Below are positions 1 through 10,710 of a DNA stretch of 64,000 bases, one piece after another; positions within the stretch are counted from its first letter, which is position 1, and each line of letters begins with the position of its first letter. A program made the translations under genes and the position numbers. The stretch is from Methylophilaceae bacterium. Its GTDB lineage: Bacteria > Pseudomonadota > Gammaproteobacteria > Burkholderiales > Methylophilaceae. The notes beneath the pieces are model-generated. The model ran no database searches. It was not told the origin of the DNA and was given only the letters and a program-made list of their open reading frames with translations. The DNA lies in the NCBI GenBank assembly GCA_028122555.1, contig JAOHSH010000003.1, forward strand, positions 7,791-71,790, read 5' to 3'.

Positions 1-955
1 CTGCTAAGGGAGGGGCAACACAAGGACTTAGAATCAAAGAAGAAATTAGTCCGAGTACGAAGACATTGAGTGAGTTTTCTAATTTAAAACTTTGTAAAAA
101 GTTAGTAATTTTGTTTTGTATTTTTGGGGGTAAGGTTAATTCGAACAAGCCAAACATAGCAATAGCAAAAATAAAATAAAGAAAACCAGCAAATAAAATA
201 AAGTTTGTATTTTGTAAGCTTGAAGATAAGAGTGTTCCAGTAAGTCCTGCAATAATCCCAAGTAAAGTGTAAGTGAAGGTTATTCCTGCAACATAGCTCA
301 ATGTTAATCGAATCGAATTTTTTGGGTTAGAGGAAATAATAATCCCTGATAATATCGGAACCATAGGTAAAACACACGGAGTTAAAGATAATAAAAGTCC
401 AGAAAGAAAAAATCCTAATAAAGTTAAAATGAAACTTTGATCAGAAAGTTTTGAGATAAGAATATCTGTTTCTGAATTAGTTACCCCTGAGGAATAACTT
501 TTTATATTACTTGAATCAATAATTTTAGTAACTGGTGGGTAACAAAGCCCTTTTTCACTACATCCTTGATATTGAAGAATAATTTGGTATCTTTTAGAGA
601 GCGGAGCTTTGGGAATAATTTTAATAGTTGTATCGTTATAAAAAACTTCTTGCTTTCCAAAAAATTCATCTTCTTTAATTTCCCCATTATCTTTAATTAG
701 ATCAAAATTTAAAATGGGATCTATTTTTATATCAATTTTATTTTTATATAAGTAATAATCTGTTGCAATTTTAAATTTAATATCTAATTGTTTTAAATCT
801 TTAGAACTATAAATTTTAAATTTAAAAGCTTTATCAACAGGCAGAAAGTCACTTTTTTTATTATATAAAGATGAACTTTCACTATCAGCAAAAGAAAATG
901 AAAAAATAAATAGCGAGAGAAAAGCAATGAAAAATAAATTTAAGTGTCGTTTCAT
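1..955 (-). CDS. dsbD: thiol:disulfide interchange protein DsbD (3' end runs off window)
   Basis: Not in ORF track because the stop lies off-window. Manual translation from ATG at 955 gives MKRHLNLFF...DYYLYKNKI...QGCSEKGLCYPP...LLSLTPCVLPMVPILS...SPCVAPPLA, all in one frame. Confidence 0.93.
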   Translation of the reverse strand, partial: MKRHLNLFFIAFLSLFIFSFSFADSESSSLYNKKSDFLPVDKAFKFKIYSSKDLKQLDIKFKIATDYYLYKNKIDIKIDPILNFDLIKDNGEIKEDEFFGKQEVFYNDTTIKIIPKAPLSKRYQIILQYQGCSEKGLCYPPVTKIIDSSNIKSYSSGVTNSETDILISKLSDQSFILTLLGFFLSGLLLSLTPCVLPMVPILSGIIISSNPKNSIRLTLSYVAGITFTYTLLGIIAGLTGTLLSSSLQNTNFILFAGFLYFIFAIAMFGLFELTLPPKIQNKITNFLQSFKLENSLNVFVLGLISSLILSPCVAPPLA

Positions 956-1044
956 ATTTAAAGGTCTTTAATAAGGCTATAATTATAGTATTATTAAACA
1001 ATTCTGTATTTAATTTAATTAGTGAATATCATAACTCAATACCT

Positions 1045-1488
1045 ATGCGATCGATTCTTCTTTTCGGATTAATTCTTTTACCATTTGCTGAAATTTGGGG
1101 TTATTTCAGATTTGGAAGTCTTTATGGCTGGTGGTTCTTAATTTATTTAATAGTAATGGGAATTCTAGGTTGGAGACTTATCCAAGAAGAAAAAACTTTA
1201 GTTTTATCAAGATTTATGAGTATTATGGCGCATGGTGGGAATCCTATCGCTTTGATACTTGGGGCAGCAAAAAACTTAATGGCCGGGGGCTTATTTTTAT
1301 TTCCTGGAATATTTACTGATATTATCGCTATTATCTTAATGCTAATTCCAATTCAAGAAAATACTGAAAGAAAAGAAGAGGGGGAAAGTAACCCTTTTGA
1401 AAATAAAGATCCAATTAATAAAAAAAATAATTCAAATAAAGGGGATGTAATTGAAGGCGAATATCGTCGTGAAGACGATCCAGAATAG
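1045..1488 (+). CDS. fxsA: FxsA family membrane protein
   Basis: LPFAEI N-terminus, GGLFLFPGIFTD motif and C-terminal VIEGEYRRE. Confidence 0.88.
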   Translation: MRSILLFGLILLPFAEIWGYFRFGSLYGWWFLIYLIVMGILGWRLIQEEKTLVLSRFMSIMAHGGNPIALILGAAKNLMAGGLFLFPGIFTDIIAIILMLIPIQENTERKEEGESNPFENKDPINKKNNSNKGDVIEGEYRREDDPE

Positions 1489-1491
1489 AAT

Positions 1492-2514
1492 ATGTCTTAT
1501 ACAGTAACTTTAAAATCTTCAGGAAAAAAGTTTCAAATAAAGCCTAGCCAAACAATTTTAGAGGCAGCTACTATCGCAGGTATTAACATACCTTTTGGTT
1601 GTGGAGATGGAATGTGTGGGGCATGTAAAGGGCAACTTTTAGAAGGGGATGTAATGCTTGAAGGTTATCAAGAATCAGCGCTTACAGAAGAAGAAAGATC
1701 AGACGGATTAATTCTATGTTGTAAAGCATTGGCTACTGATAACATAATTATTAATATTAGAGGAGATGAAGTAGATGAGGGAGATGAAGTGGATAGAGTA
1801 AAAGTAGTTTCAGTAAGAGTTGAGACAGTAGAAAAATTAAATCAAGATATTATTAGAATGATTTTAAAACTCCAGGATAATGAGAAATTAAAATTCAAAG
1901 CAGGTCAATATTTAGAATTTATTATGGATGATGATTCTAGAAGAGCATTTTCATTAGCAAATCCACCTCATGAAAATTTATTAGAGCTTCATTTAAAACT
2001 TATTAAAGATGGTAAATTTACTCAATTTGTTTTTGAAAAAATGCAAGAAAAATCAATTCATAGAATTGAAATACCTATTGGTCAATTTTGTTTGAGGGAA
2101 AGTGATAAACCTATAATTTTTGTTGCAGGTGGGACAGGTTTTGCTCCTATAAAGTCTATTATTGAAGATATGATTTTTAATAAAATTAAAAGACCTATAT
2201 TTTTATATAGAGGGGTGAATAATTTTGAAGATTTATATATGCATGACCTTCCTTTTTTATGGAAAAAAGACATTGATGATTTTACCTATATTCCAGTCTC
2301 TGAAAACAAATCTAAAGATAATAATCAATTAAGAATTGGTTTAGTTCACGAAGCTATTTTAGAAGACTTTCAATCTTTAAAAAATACTCAGGTTTATTGT
2401 TGTGGCACTCCAGGATTAGTAAAAACGTCTTTCGAGGCTTTTATTAAAAAAGGCTTACCAGAAGATGAATTCTTTGCAGATGGGTTTCCATTTGTTACAC
2501 AAAAAAATAATTAA
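1492..2514 (+). CDS. 2Fe-2S ferredoxin-NAD(P)H flavin reductase (CDP-6-deoxy-3,4-glucoseen reductase-like)
   Basis: GCGDGMCGAC...C 2Fe-2S motif, RAFS FAD motif, AGGTGFAP NAD motif, YCCG. Confidence 0.88.
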   Translation: MSYTVTLKSSGKKFQIKPSQTILEAATIAGINIPFGCGDGMCGACKGQLLEGDVMLEGYQESALTEEERSDGLILCCKALATDNIIINIRGDEVDEGDEVDRVKVVSVRVETVEKLNQDIIRMILKLQDNEKLKFKAGQYLEFIMDDDSRRAFSLANPPHENLLELHLKLIKDGKFTQFVFEKMQEKSIHRIEIPIGQFCLRESDKPIIFVAGGTGFAPIKSIIEDMIFNKIKRPIFLYRGVNNFEDLYMHDLPFLWKKDIDDFTYIPVSENKSKDNNQLRIGLVHEAILEDFQSLKNTQVYCCGTPGLVKTSFEAFIKKGLPEDEFFADGFPFVTQKNN

Positions 2515-3287
2515 TTTGCTAAAATAATATCGATTAATGATTTTGCACTTAAATCTTTTGTAACAATCACATTATCTAACTGAGATCCATAGTTACCATT
2601 TTTTAGAGAAAACTCGATCTTTTTATGGTTCACGATAAATTTTGTTTTATAGCCACCAATCCATTGTCCGGGTGATTGGTTAAGTTGAAATGCGCTGTCA
2701 TAGCTAGTAATTAATATAAATATCTTAGTTGAATTTTTAAGTTCTTGGTTTAATTTTTTTTGGTTGATGGTTAAATAATTTCTAATATAGCATTCACCAT
2801 AATCTACTTTGGCACCTTTTTCTTCAAGTAGGTTCTTTAAAGTTTCACGACCGCCTGTACCTCTGATAATTAAAACTTTTTTATCCTGAAGCTTATCAAA
2901 AATTTTATTTTTAATTAAATGCTCAGAGTCAAAGTTTTCCTCGGGGCAAAATACATTAATATTGAACTGATTTTTAAGAGCTTCTCGGGTCTTAGGTCCA
3001 ACACTAGAAAAAATAATATCATTTGGCATTTTTATTTTAAGATTTTTAATACGCTTCGCAAAATAATGAACAGCGTTAGTGCTAATAAAAATTACATGTT
3101 GATAGCTATCTAAATTACTAAGAGTTAAATCAAATTTGGAATAATCTGCAAGAGGCTTAATTTCAGTTAAAGGGTAGTTTAGTAATAAAATATTTTCATT
3201 TTCTATATCTTTAAATAAAGTAATATTTTTTTCATAAGGCCTAGTAGATATGAGGGCAATATTTTTTTTTGAAGTATTTAAACTCAT
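2511..3287 (-). CDS. hemD: uroporphyrinogen-III synthase
   Basis: TRP, IFISTNAV, VGPKT, RGTGGRETL motifs; directly downstream of hemC. Confidence 0.9.
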   Translation of the reverse strand: MSLNTSKKNIALISTRPYEKNITLFKDIENENILLLNYPLTEIKPLADYSKFDLTLSNLDSYQHVIFISTNAVHYFAKRIKNLKIKMPNDIIFSSVGPKTREALKNQFNINVFCPEENFDSEHLIKNKIFDKLQDKKVLIIRGTGGRETLKNLLEEKGAKVDYGECYIRNYLTINQKKLNQELKNSTKIFILITSYDSAFQLNQSPGQWIGGYKTKFIVNHKKIEFSLKNGNYGSQLDNVIVTKDLSAKSLIDIILAN

Positions 3288-4204
3288 AGGCTTGATAAAA
3301 TATCCTTTGCTCCCTTGTCAATTAGAATCTGACTGAGAGCTTTTCCGAGTTTATAAAAATCTGACTTTTGTCCCTTCACTTCAGCATGAATAATCTTAGA
3401 GCCATCGGGCATTGCAACAAACCCTTTGATTACAAATTTATTATCCGATATTGATGCATGCGCACCTAATGGAACACTGCAACTTCCTGCTAGGGTTCTG
3501 CTGACCACTCTTTCTGCTAAAATACACCTTGAAGTATCAGCATCGTTTAGAATTTTAAGTACTTTATTAAGTTCTTCATTTCCTGAAAGTACTTCAATTC
3601 CTAAGGCTCCCTGCCCTACAGATGGAATACTAATCTTAGTCTCTAAATATTCTTTGATTCGATTTTTTAGGTCTAATCGTATTAGCCCCGCAGCTGCTAG
3701 GATTATTGCGCCGTATTGGTTTTTATCTAATTTATTTAAACGAGTTTGTAAATTTCCCCTTAAGGGCTTAATAATTAGATTTGGATATTTTGCTTTAATC
3801 TGACTTTGTCGCCTAAGACTTGAGGTACCAATAATTGAGCCTTTTGGCATATCATCTAGGGAATCAAAATTATTTGAAATAAAGGCATCTCTTGGATCTT
3901 CTCGCTCACTGATTGCTATAAGTTGAAATTTGTCAGGAATATCCATTGGTAAGTCTTTCATCGAATGAACAGCTAAATCAGCCTTTTTTTCTAATAAGGC
4001 TTGTTCAAGTTCTTTAATAAATAACCCTTTACCACCAATAGTCGCTAACGATTGATTTATTAAAGTATCCCCCTGTGTCTTAAAGCCTTTAATATTTATT
4101 TCAATGTCGGGATAGAGTTTGATAATTTTATATTTAATGTGCTCTGCTTGCCACATAGCAAGTGGACTTTCCCTTGATGCAATTGTAATTTTTTTGATTG
4201 TCAT
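3284..4204 (-). CDS. hemC: hydroxymethylbilane synthase (porphobilinogen deaminase)
   Basis: ASRESPLAMWQA, GGKGLFIKELE, VHSMKD, GTSSLRR; start moved to MTIKK. Confidence 0.97.
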   Translation of the reverse strand: MTIKKITIASRESPLAMWQAEHIKYKIIKLYPDIEINIKGFKTQGDTLINQSLATIGGKGLFIKELEQALLEKKADLAVHSMKDLPMDIPDKFQLIAISEREDPRDAFISNNFDSLDDMPKGSIIGTSSLRRQSQIKAKYPNLIIKPLRGNLQTRLNKLDKNQYGAIILAAAGLIRLDLKNRIKEYLETKISIPSVGQGALGIEVLSGNEELNKVLKILNDADTSRCILAERVVSRTLAGSCSVPLGAHASISDNKFVIKGFVAMPDGSKIIHAEVKGQKSDFYKLGKALSQILIDKGAKDILSSL

Positions 4205-4302
4205 TATTTTAGATTTTAGCACAGAGATTATTCGGAGATTAATCATATGATTCATGATTTTCATATATAATTCATTGGGTTAATGAATTAAATTAAATTG
4301 AA

Positions 4303-5688
4303 ATGAAAAAAAATATAAAAAAGTGGTCTGAAAGGTTCTCTGAACCAACTAGTGAAATTGTGAAAAGGTATACAGCATCAGTTAATTTTGATCAAAGATT
4401 GGCTATGTTTGATATCGCAGGATCCATTGCGCATGCAGAAATGTTAAATAAGCAGAAAGTAATATCTGCTACAGATCTAAAATTGATTAAAAAAGGTTTA
4501 AATCAAATTAAGAAAGAAATCATTGATCAAAAATTTAAATGGTCAATTGACCTAGAGGATGTTCATTTAAATATAGAAAAAAGATTAACGCAAATAGTTG
4601 GTAAAGCAGGGGAAAAACTTCATACAGGAAGGTCTAGGAATGATCAGGTTACAACTGATATGAGACTTTATCTGAGAGAGGTTGTGGATAGAACTATTAA
4701 TCAAATTAACTTTTTACAAAAAGTGATATTAACTTTAGCTGAAAAAAATATAATGACAATCATGCCAGGTATGACACATTTGCAAGTGGCACAACCTGTA
4801 AGCTTTGCACATCATTTGCATGCTTATTGTGAAATGCTGGAAAGAGATAAATCAAGATTTCAAGATGCTAGGAAAAGGATTAATATGCTACCATTAGGGT
4901 CTGCGGCCTTGGCAGGAACCTCTTTTCCAATTGACAGAAAATTTATTGCTAAAGTACTTAAATTTGATGGGCTAATGGAGAATTCTATTGATGCAGTATC
5001 CGATAGAGATTTTTTAATTGAATTTAATGCAAATGCATCCCTTTTGATGACCCATTTATCAAGATGGTCAGAAGAGTTAATTATGTGGTCCAGTCCATTT
5101 TTTGAATTTATTGAAATTTCAGATAGTTTTTGTACTGGTTCGAGTATTATGCCTCAGAAAAAAAATCCTGATGTTCCTGAATTAGTTAGAGGTAAAACTG
5201 GAAGAGTTAATGGACATCTAGTTAGTTTATTGACTTTGATGAAAGCTCAACCACTTGCTTACAATAAAGATAATCAAGAAGATAAGGAGCCAATTTTTGA
5301 TGTAGCTGATACGATTTCAGATACTCTTAATATTTTTGCTGAAATGGTTTCTAAATTAAAAGTATTTCCTAAGAATATGGAACTTGCTGCGTTAAAAGGG
5401 TACCCAACAGCGACAGATTTAGCTGATTATTTAGTAAAAAAAGGCATGACATTTAGAGTAGCCCATGGGGTTGTGTCTAAAGCAGTTAAGTTCGCAATTG
5501 GTCAGCAATCTGATTTATCTGAACTTAAATTAAAAGATTTACAAAAGTTTAGTAAATTAATTGATAAGGATGTCTATAATTATTTGACTTTAAAGGGCTC
5601 TATTATTTCAAGAAAACATATCGGTGGTACAGGATTTAATACAGTTAAATTAGCAATTAAGCGAGCAAAATCTAAACTATCTAAATAA
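4303..5688 (+). CDS. argH: argininosuccinate lyase
   Basis: HTGRSRNDQ and [12 protein letters not shown] signatures. Confidence 0.97.
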   Translation: MKKNIKKWSERFSEPTSEIVKRYTASVNFDQRLAMFDIAGSIAHAEMLNKQKVISATDLKLIKKGLNQIKKEIIDQKFKWSIDLEDVHLNIEKRLTQIVGKAGEKLHTGRSRNDQVTTDMRLYLREVVDRTINQINFLQKVILTLAEKNIMTIMPGMTHLQVAQPVSFAHHLHAYCEMLERDKSRFQDARKRINMLPLGSAALAGTSFPIDRKFIAKVLKFDGLMENSIDAVSDRDFLIEFNANASLLMTHLSRWSEELIMWSSPFFEFIEISDSFCTGSSIMPQKKNPDVPELVRGKTGRVNGHLVSLLTLMKAQPLAYNKDNQEDKEPIFDVADTISDTLNIFAEMVSKLKVFPKNMELAALKGYPTATDLADYLVKKGMTFRVAHGVVSKAVKFAIGQQSDLSELKLKDLQKFSKLIDKDVYNYLTLKGSIISRKHIGGTGFNTVKLAIKRAKSKLSK

Positions 5689-6078
5689 ATTACTTAAATC
5701 ATATCCAGCTGCAGTAGTTAATTGTAAAATTTCGTCCACTGATCTTTTTCCAGATTCTGATAATGCCCACAACATACTAGACCTTGTTCCTGTTCTACAA
5801 TAGGCAAATATTGGTTTTTCAGCATTATCATAATAATCACTAAATTGGTCGATATCATTTTGTGAAATTTGGCCCCCAATAACAGGTTGGTGTATGAAAT
5901 TTAAACCATTTTCAATGACTTTATCTCCAATACTTTTGACTGTGACTTGGTTTTGTTCTTCATTATCAGGACGATTACAAAAAATAGTTTTAAAACCTGC
6001 TTCTTTTAATTTTATTATGTCCTCTTCAACGATTTGATCAGAAACAACATATTCATCAATAATTTTATTTAACATCAT
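5677..6078 (-). CDS. TIGR01244/DUF442 family sulfur transferase/phosphatase-like protein
   Basis: CNRPDNEE and AYCRTGTRS (Cx5R-like) motifs. Confidence 0.85.
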   Translation of the reverse strand: MMLNKIIDEYVVSDQIVEEDIIKLKEAGFKTIFCNRPDNEEQNQVTVKSIGDKVIENGLNFIHQPVIGGQISQNDIDQFSDYYDNAEKPIFAYCRTGTRSSMLWALSESGKRSVDEILQLTTAAGYDLSNLFR

Positions 6079-6082
6079 AATT

Positions 6083-7237
6083 TTAGCCCCTTAAAAAAAT
6101 TTGTAAAAGTTCGTTTAGATATCTTTGTCCTAGAATAGTTGGTTTAATCCTACCATTAATTTCTGTAATCAACCGTTTCTCTTTTGCTACTGATAACTCT
6201 TTTTTAATTTCACTTATTGGTAAGAATGTTTTTTCTTCAAAAGAATTAATATCAAAACCATCGTTTAGCCTCAATGAGTTCATCATAAATTCGAACACAC
6301 TATCGTTAGTCGTAAGAAGTCGATTTTCATCAAAATAATTATTTCCATTAATTGCAGAAATATAATATTTTGGATTTTTATGGCAAGCATAACGACGTAT
6401 TGATTTTTTCGAGGTTATTTTAGTGTGGGCCCCGGCACCTATACCTAAATAGTCACCAAAATTCCAGTAATTTAGATTGTGGCGACATTGACTTCCTATT
6501 TCAGCATATGCAGACGTTTCGTAATGTTTAAAATTTGCATATTTTAATTTTTCGCTCACCAAATCAGAAAGTTCAGCACTCTTGTCTTGATCAGGAATAT
6601 CAGGAGGGTGTTTGAAGAAAAAAGTATTAGGTTCTATTGTAAGGTGATAATAAGATATGTGAGAAGAGCCAATATCTAGAGCCATTTTAATATCATTATT
6701 TAGTTCTAACTTTGTTTGGCCTGGAAGTGCAAACATTAAATCAATATTAACCTCATTAAATAATTTAATAGCTAGGTTTGCTGCTTCTATGGCCTCTTTT
6801 TGATTATGAATCCTTTCTAGATTTTTTAAATGTTTTTCATTAAAACTTTGTATCCCTAAAGATATTCGATTAATACCAACATCTCGATATCCATAAAAAT
6901 ATTGTTTATCTATAGTTCCAGGATTTGCCTCAATAGTAATCTCACAATCTTCTTTGAGCCCATATTTATCTTTAATTTTACCAATAATTTTTTCAAATGT
7001 TGCAGGACTAAATAAACTTGGTGTCCCACCTCCAAAAAATATTGAATGTATTGGCCTTTGAGAATCAAAGTTAAAATTTTCTATCTGTTTTATTAAAGCA
7101 TTTGTATAAATTACCTCATTATTTTTAATATCTTGGCCTTTAAACTCATGAGAATTAAAATCGCAGTAAGGACATTTATGAATGCACCATGGAATATGGA
7201 TATAAACTGAAAGAGGTATAGGATCTTTTTTAGTCAA
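6083..7237 (-). CDS. hemW: radical SAM heme chaperone HemW
   Basis: YIHIPWCIHKCPYCDFNS, GGGTPS, HNLNYW; in rph-rdgB operon. Confidence 0.93.
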   Translation of the reverse strand: MTKKDPIPLSVYIHIPWCIHKCPYCDFNSHEFKGQDIKNNEVIYTNALIKQIENFNFDSQRPIHSIFFGGGTPSLFSPATFEKIIGKIKDKYGLKEDCEITIEANPGTIDKQYFYGYRDVGINRISLGIQSFNEKHLKNLERIHNQKEAIEAANLAIKLFNEVNIDLMFALPGQTKLELNNDIKMALDIGSSHISYYHLTIEPNTFFFKHPPDIPDQDKSAELSDLVSEKLKYANFKHYETSAYAEIGSQCRHNLNYWNFGDYLGIGAGAHTKITSKKSIRRYACHKNPKYYISAINGNNYFDENRLLTTNDSVFEFMMNSLRLNDGFDINSFEEKTFLPISEIKKELSVAKEKRLITEINGRIKPTILGQRYLNELLQIFLRG

Positions 7238-7256
7238 TGAAATAAACCAAACTAAC

Positions 7257-7475
7257 TTATTTCTTTAATGGATTATGAAGGCCATCAACTAAGTCGTGAA
7301 GTGTTTTTTTTAATTGCTCATCAGATACTTCCATCAATAAACCATCTTCAAAAGCATCTTGAGCAATTTGTTTTAATTCATCAAAGTTTTCTTTCATAAC
7401 TTTAATTTTCTCTGAACAAGAGATGAGCGAATTATCTTTTCTAAGCCAAATAGGCCAATGATTATCTTTTTTCAT
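7257..7475 (-). CDS. small conserved hypothetical protein (72 aa)
   Basis: Overlaps rdgB stop and is co-oriented; protein-like ISCSEKIKVM...QDAFEDGLLM. Confidence 0.75.
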   Translation of the reverse strand: MKKDNHWPIWLRKDNSLISCSEKIKVMKENFDELKQIAQDAFEDGLLMEVSDEQLKKTLHDLVDGLHNPLKK

Positions 7476-8064
7476 AATAGAGTATTTTAAGTTTTTGTTT
7501 TAATTTTTGCAAAGCCTTTCCCCGATGACTTATTCTATTTTTTAATTCAGGCGAAAGTTCTGCAGCTGACTGATTTGTTCTATAGTCCATAAAAATTGGA
7601 TCATACCCAAAACCATTGAACCCTTTCCGTACTTTTAAAATTTCTCCTTGCCATACTCCTTCTGTAATAATAGGTTGAGGGTCGTAATGATTTTTAATAA
7701 AAACAATTGCACAGTAGTAATGAGCACGCCGGTTTTTTTTATTATCTAATTCACTTAATAATTTATTATTATTGTCTTCATCGTTTCTATTTTCTCCAGC
7801 AAATCGAGCCGAAAAGATACCTGGTTGACCATCAAGAGAATCAACACAAATGCCAGAATCATCTGCTATTGCCGGAAGGTTTGTTTGTTTGGATGCAAAT
7901 CTTGCTTTAATTAAAGCATTTTCAATAAATGTATTAAATGGTTCTTCACAAGATCTTACACCTAAATAGGATTGAGGAATAATCTCAATTGGTAAGTCGG
8001 AGAGTAAAGCTTTTATTTCTAGCAACTTGTTTTCGTTACCTGTAGCTATAACAATTTTTTTCAT
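7462..8064 (-). CDS. rdgB: dITP/XTP pyrophosphatase
   Basis: ATGNENK, ADDSG, GFGYDPIF, ISHRGKA. Confidence 0.96.
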   Translation of the reverse strand: MKKIVIATGNENKLLEIKALLSDLPIEIIPQSYLGVRSCEEPFNTFIENALIKARFASKQTNLPAIADDSGICVDSLDGQPGIFSARFAGENRNDEDNNNKLLSELDNKKNRRAHYYCAIVFIKNHYDPQPIITEGVWQGEILKVRKGFNGFGYDPIFMDYRTNQSAAELSPELKNRISHRGKALQKLKQKLKILYYEKR

Positions 8065-8073
8065 TCTATTAAT

Positions 8074-8787
8074 CTATAAAATAAGTGAATTTTGTATATC
8101 AGTTAATTGCTTAATACCATGTTCAGCAATATCAATTAAATTATTCATTTGATCACGAGTAAACGCTTTGCCTTCTGCAGTTCCTTGAATTTCAATAAAT
8201 TTTCCACTACCAGTCATTACAATGTTCATATCCGTATCACATGTTGAATCCTCTAAATAATCTAAGTCAAGTAGAATTTCTGAGTTTTTGATTCCAAGGG
8301 AAATGGCGGCTATAGAATCAATAATTGGGGAATTTTTTATAATTCCTTTATCAATAATATTTTGTATTGCATCATATAAAGCTATGTAGGCTCCAGTAAT
8401 ACTTGCTGTTCTCGTCCCTCCATCAGCTTGAATAACATCACAATCAATTTTAATTGTTATTTCCCCCAATTTTTTAAGGTCAATAATTGATCTTAAACTT
8501 CTTCCAATTAATCTTTGAATTTCTTGAGTTCTTCCAGATTGTTTACCTTTTGAGGACTCCCTGGCCATTCTTATTGATGTTGATCTAGGGAGCATCCCAT
8601 ATTCAGCTGTAACCCAACCTTGGTTTTTACCTTTTAGAAAAGAAGGAACATTTTCCTCAATACTAGCAGTACAAATTACATGAGTATCGCCACATGTAAT
8701 AAGAACAGAGCCTTCTGCATGCTTAGTATAATTTCTTATAATTTTTATAGAACGTAGCTCATTATTTTTTCGTTGAGATAGTCGCAT
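8074..8787 (-). CDS. rph: ribonuclease PH
   Basis: [27 protein letters not shown]. Confidence 0.97.
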   Translation of the reverse strand: MRLSQRKNNELRSIKIIRNYTKHAEGSVLITCGDTHVICTASIEENVPSFLKGKNQGWVTAEYGMLPRSTSIRMARESSKGKQSGRTQEIQRLIGRSLRSIIDLKKLGEITIKIDCDVIQADGGTRTASITGAYIALYDAIQNIIDKGIIKNSPIIDSIAAISLGIKNSEILLDLDYLEDSTCDTDMNIVMTGSGKFIEIQGTAEGKAFTRDQMNNLIDIAEHGIKQLTDIQNSLIL

Positions 8788-8939
8788 GCAATTCCTTTAT
8801 TTAATTCATTAGAAAGTAATTATAATCTATTGGCATATTTAAATATAAGTAGATTTACTTATTCACTAGAAAAAATGTTTATAACCATAATAGAGATTAG
8901 ATTGTTAAAATAGGTGTAAATATTAATTAAAGAGTGATT

Positions 8940-9803
8940 ATGATTTCAAGTATGACAAGTTTTTTCTTTGGTGAGTGCAAAACCGAATACGGTAATTTAG
9001 TACTCGAAATTAAAACGTTAAATAGTCGTTATTTTGAGATTCAATTGAAGCTTAGCGAAGAACTTAAAACTCTTGAACCGAAAATACGTGATCAAATTTT
9101 AAAAAGTATTAATCGAGGAAAAGCTGAGTATAAAATTTATCTTAAAACATTTGAAGGTGATTTAGACACAAAAAATTTAGATTTTAAAGAGATTAAGAAT
9201 TTGATTAAGACTTCTGAAAAAGTTTCATCATTCATTGATACACCTCAGTCTATAAATCCTCTTGAATTAATAAGATTTGCAGGAGTTAAAAAAAATAAAT
9301 TAGATGTAAAAAAAATAGAAAAAGCTCTTTTAAAATATTCAGCACAAGCTCTTGATAAGCTAGTTGAAGATCGAAAAAGAGAAGGATCAAAAATAAGAAA
9401 AATAATCATAGCCAAATTGAATTTAATAGAAAAATTAGTCTTAAAAGTAAAAAAAATCATGCCATTAGCTATTAAATCGCATCAAGATAAAATTAAGGCT
9501 AAATTTAATGCTGCATTAATTGATGTTGACCAAGATCGACTGAAACAAGAATTTCTATTTTTTGTTCAAAAAGGAGATGTTGAGGAAGAATTAGACAGAT
9601 TGGTGGCGCATACTTCAGAACTGAGAAGATTATTAAATAAATCTGAGCCTGTAGGAAAAAAAATAGATTTTTTGATGCAAGAATTTAATAGGGAAGCAAA
9701 TACATTAGGTTCAAAATCAATTTCAATAAATATTTCAAAAATATCGGTTGATTTAAAAGTTTTAATTGATCAAATTAGAGAACAAATACAAAATATAGAA
9801 TAG
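8940..9803 (+). CDS. yicC: YicC family endoribonuclease
   Basis: MISSMT N-terminus, EELDRL, DFLMQEFNREANTLGSKS, REQIQNIE. Confidence 0.93.
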   Translation: MISSMTSFFFGECKTEYGNLVLEIKTLNSRYFEIQLKLSEELKTLEPKIRDQILKSINRGKAEYKIYLKTFEGDLDTKNLDFKEIKNLIKTSEKVSSFIDTPQSINPLELIRFAGVKKNKLDVKKIEKALLKYSAQALDKLVEDRKREGSKIRKIIIAKLNLIEKLVLKVKKIMPLAIKSHQDKIKAKFNAALIDVDQDRLKQEFLFFVQKGDVEEELDRLVAHTSELRRLLNKSEPVGKKIDFLMQEFNREANTLGSKSISINISKISVDLKVLIDQIREQIQNIE

Positions 9804-9808
9804 ATCAT

Positions 9809-10441
9809 ATGAAATTAAAAAAAGGAAACTTATTCATCATTACAGCTGCTTCTGGAGCAGGTAAAACTTCTTTGGTTAAAGCTTTGGTATCTGATAATCT
9901 TAGCATAAAGGTTTCGATATCTTATACAACCAGAAATCCAAGAGTTGGAGAAAAAGATGGAAAAGATTATTTTTTCATTGATGAGATAAATTTTAAAAAA
10001 ATGGCTGAGAATAATGAGTTTTTGGAGATGGCAAAATGTCATGGTTCATTTTATGGCACTTCAAAGGTATCAGTTCAAGAGGCACTTGAGACAGACAAAG
10101 ATATTATTTTAGAGATTGATTATCAAGGAGCATTTAGCGTTAAAAAATTATTTCCATCAGCTATTAGTATTTTTATAATTCCTCCATCAATTGATGCTTT
10201 AGAAAATAGACTTCATAATCGAGGGCAAGATAGCGATAAAGACATAAAATTAAGAATTGCTGCTGCAAGAAATGAAATGAGTCATTTGGAAAAATTTGAT
10301 TATGTTACAATTAATGACAATTTCGAAAAAGCTTTGTTTGACCTTAAAACAATTATAAATTTTAAACCGGAAGCGTCGAAACTTAAGACTAAAAACCAAA
10401 TTTTAAATTATAAGAATTTAATTGATGGGCTAAAAAGATAA
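9809..10441 (+). CDS. gmk: guanylate kinase
   Basis: AASGAGKTS, SYTTRNPRVGEKDGKDY, LEIDYQGA. Confidence 0.97.
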   Translation: MKLKKGNLFIITAASGAGKTSLVKALVSDNLSIKVSISYTTRNPRVGEKDGKDYFFIDEINFKKMAENNEFLEMAKCHGSFYGTSKVSVQEALETDKDIILEIDYQGAFSVKKLFPSAISIFIIPPSIDALENRLHNRGQDSDKDIKLRIAAARNEMSHLEKFDYVTINDNFEKALFDLKTIINFKPEASKLKTKNQILNYKNLIDGLKR

Positions 10442-10459
10442 ACTAGAGGAAATATTTAA

Positions 10460-10672
10460 ATGGCAAGAATTACAGTAGATGATTGTTTAGAACAAATACC
10501 GAATAGATTTCAATTAACTTTAGTAGCTGCTTATCGTTCAAGGCAGCTTGCAAACGGAGTAGAGCCTCTTATCGATGTTACTGGATTAAATGATAAGTCT
10601 TCTGTTATAGCATTAAGAGAAATTGCACAGGGATTAATTGGCCCTGACATTCTAAGAAAAAGTACAACTTAA
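10460..10672 (+). CDS. rpoZ: RNA polymerase omega subunit
   Basis: [10 protein letters not shown]...NRFQL...ALREIA. Confidence 0.97.
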   Translation: MARITVDDCLEQIPNRFQLTLVAAYRSRQLANGVEPLIDVTGLNDKSSVIALREIAQGLIGPDILRKSTT

Positions 10673-10710
10673 TAAGGTATTTTTTTATTAAAATATGCTT
10701 GCTAAACTAA

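Noticed and set aside
502-687. 61-aa ORF suggesting a dsbD frameshift
   Set aside because: It is an alternate-frame ORF. The dsbD ATG at 955 and the PCVLPM motif at about 364 share one frame, so the gene appears intact and is missing from the track only because its stop is off-window.
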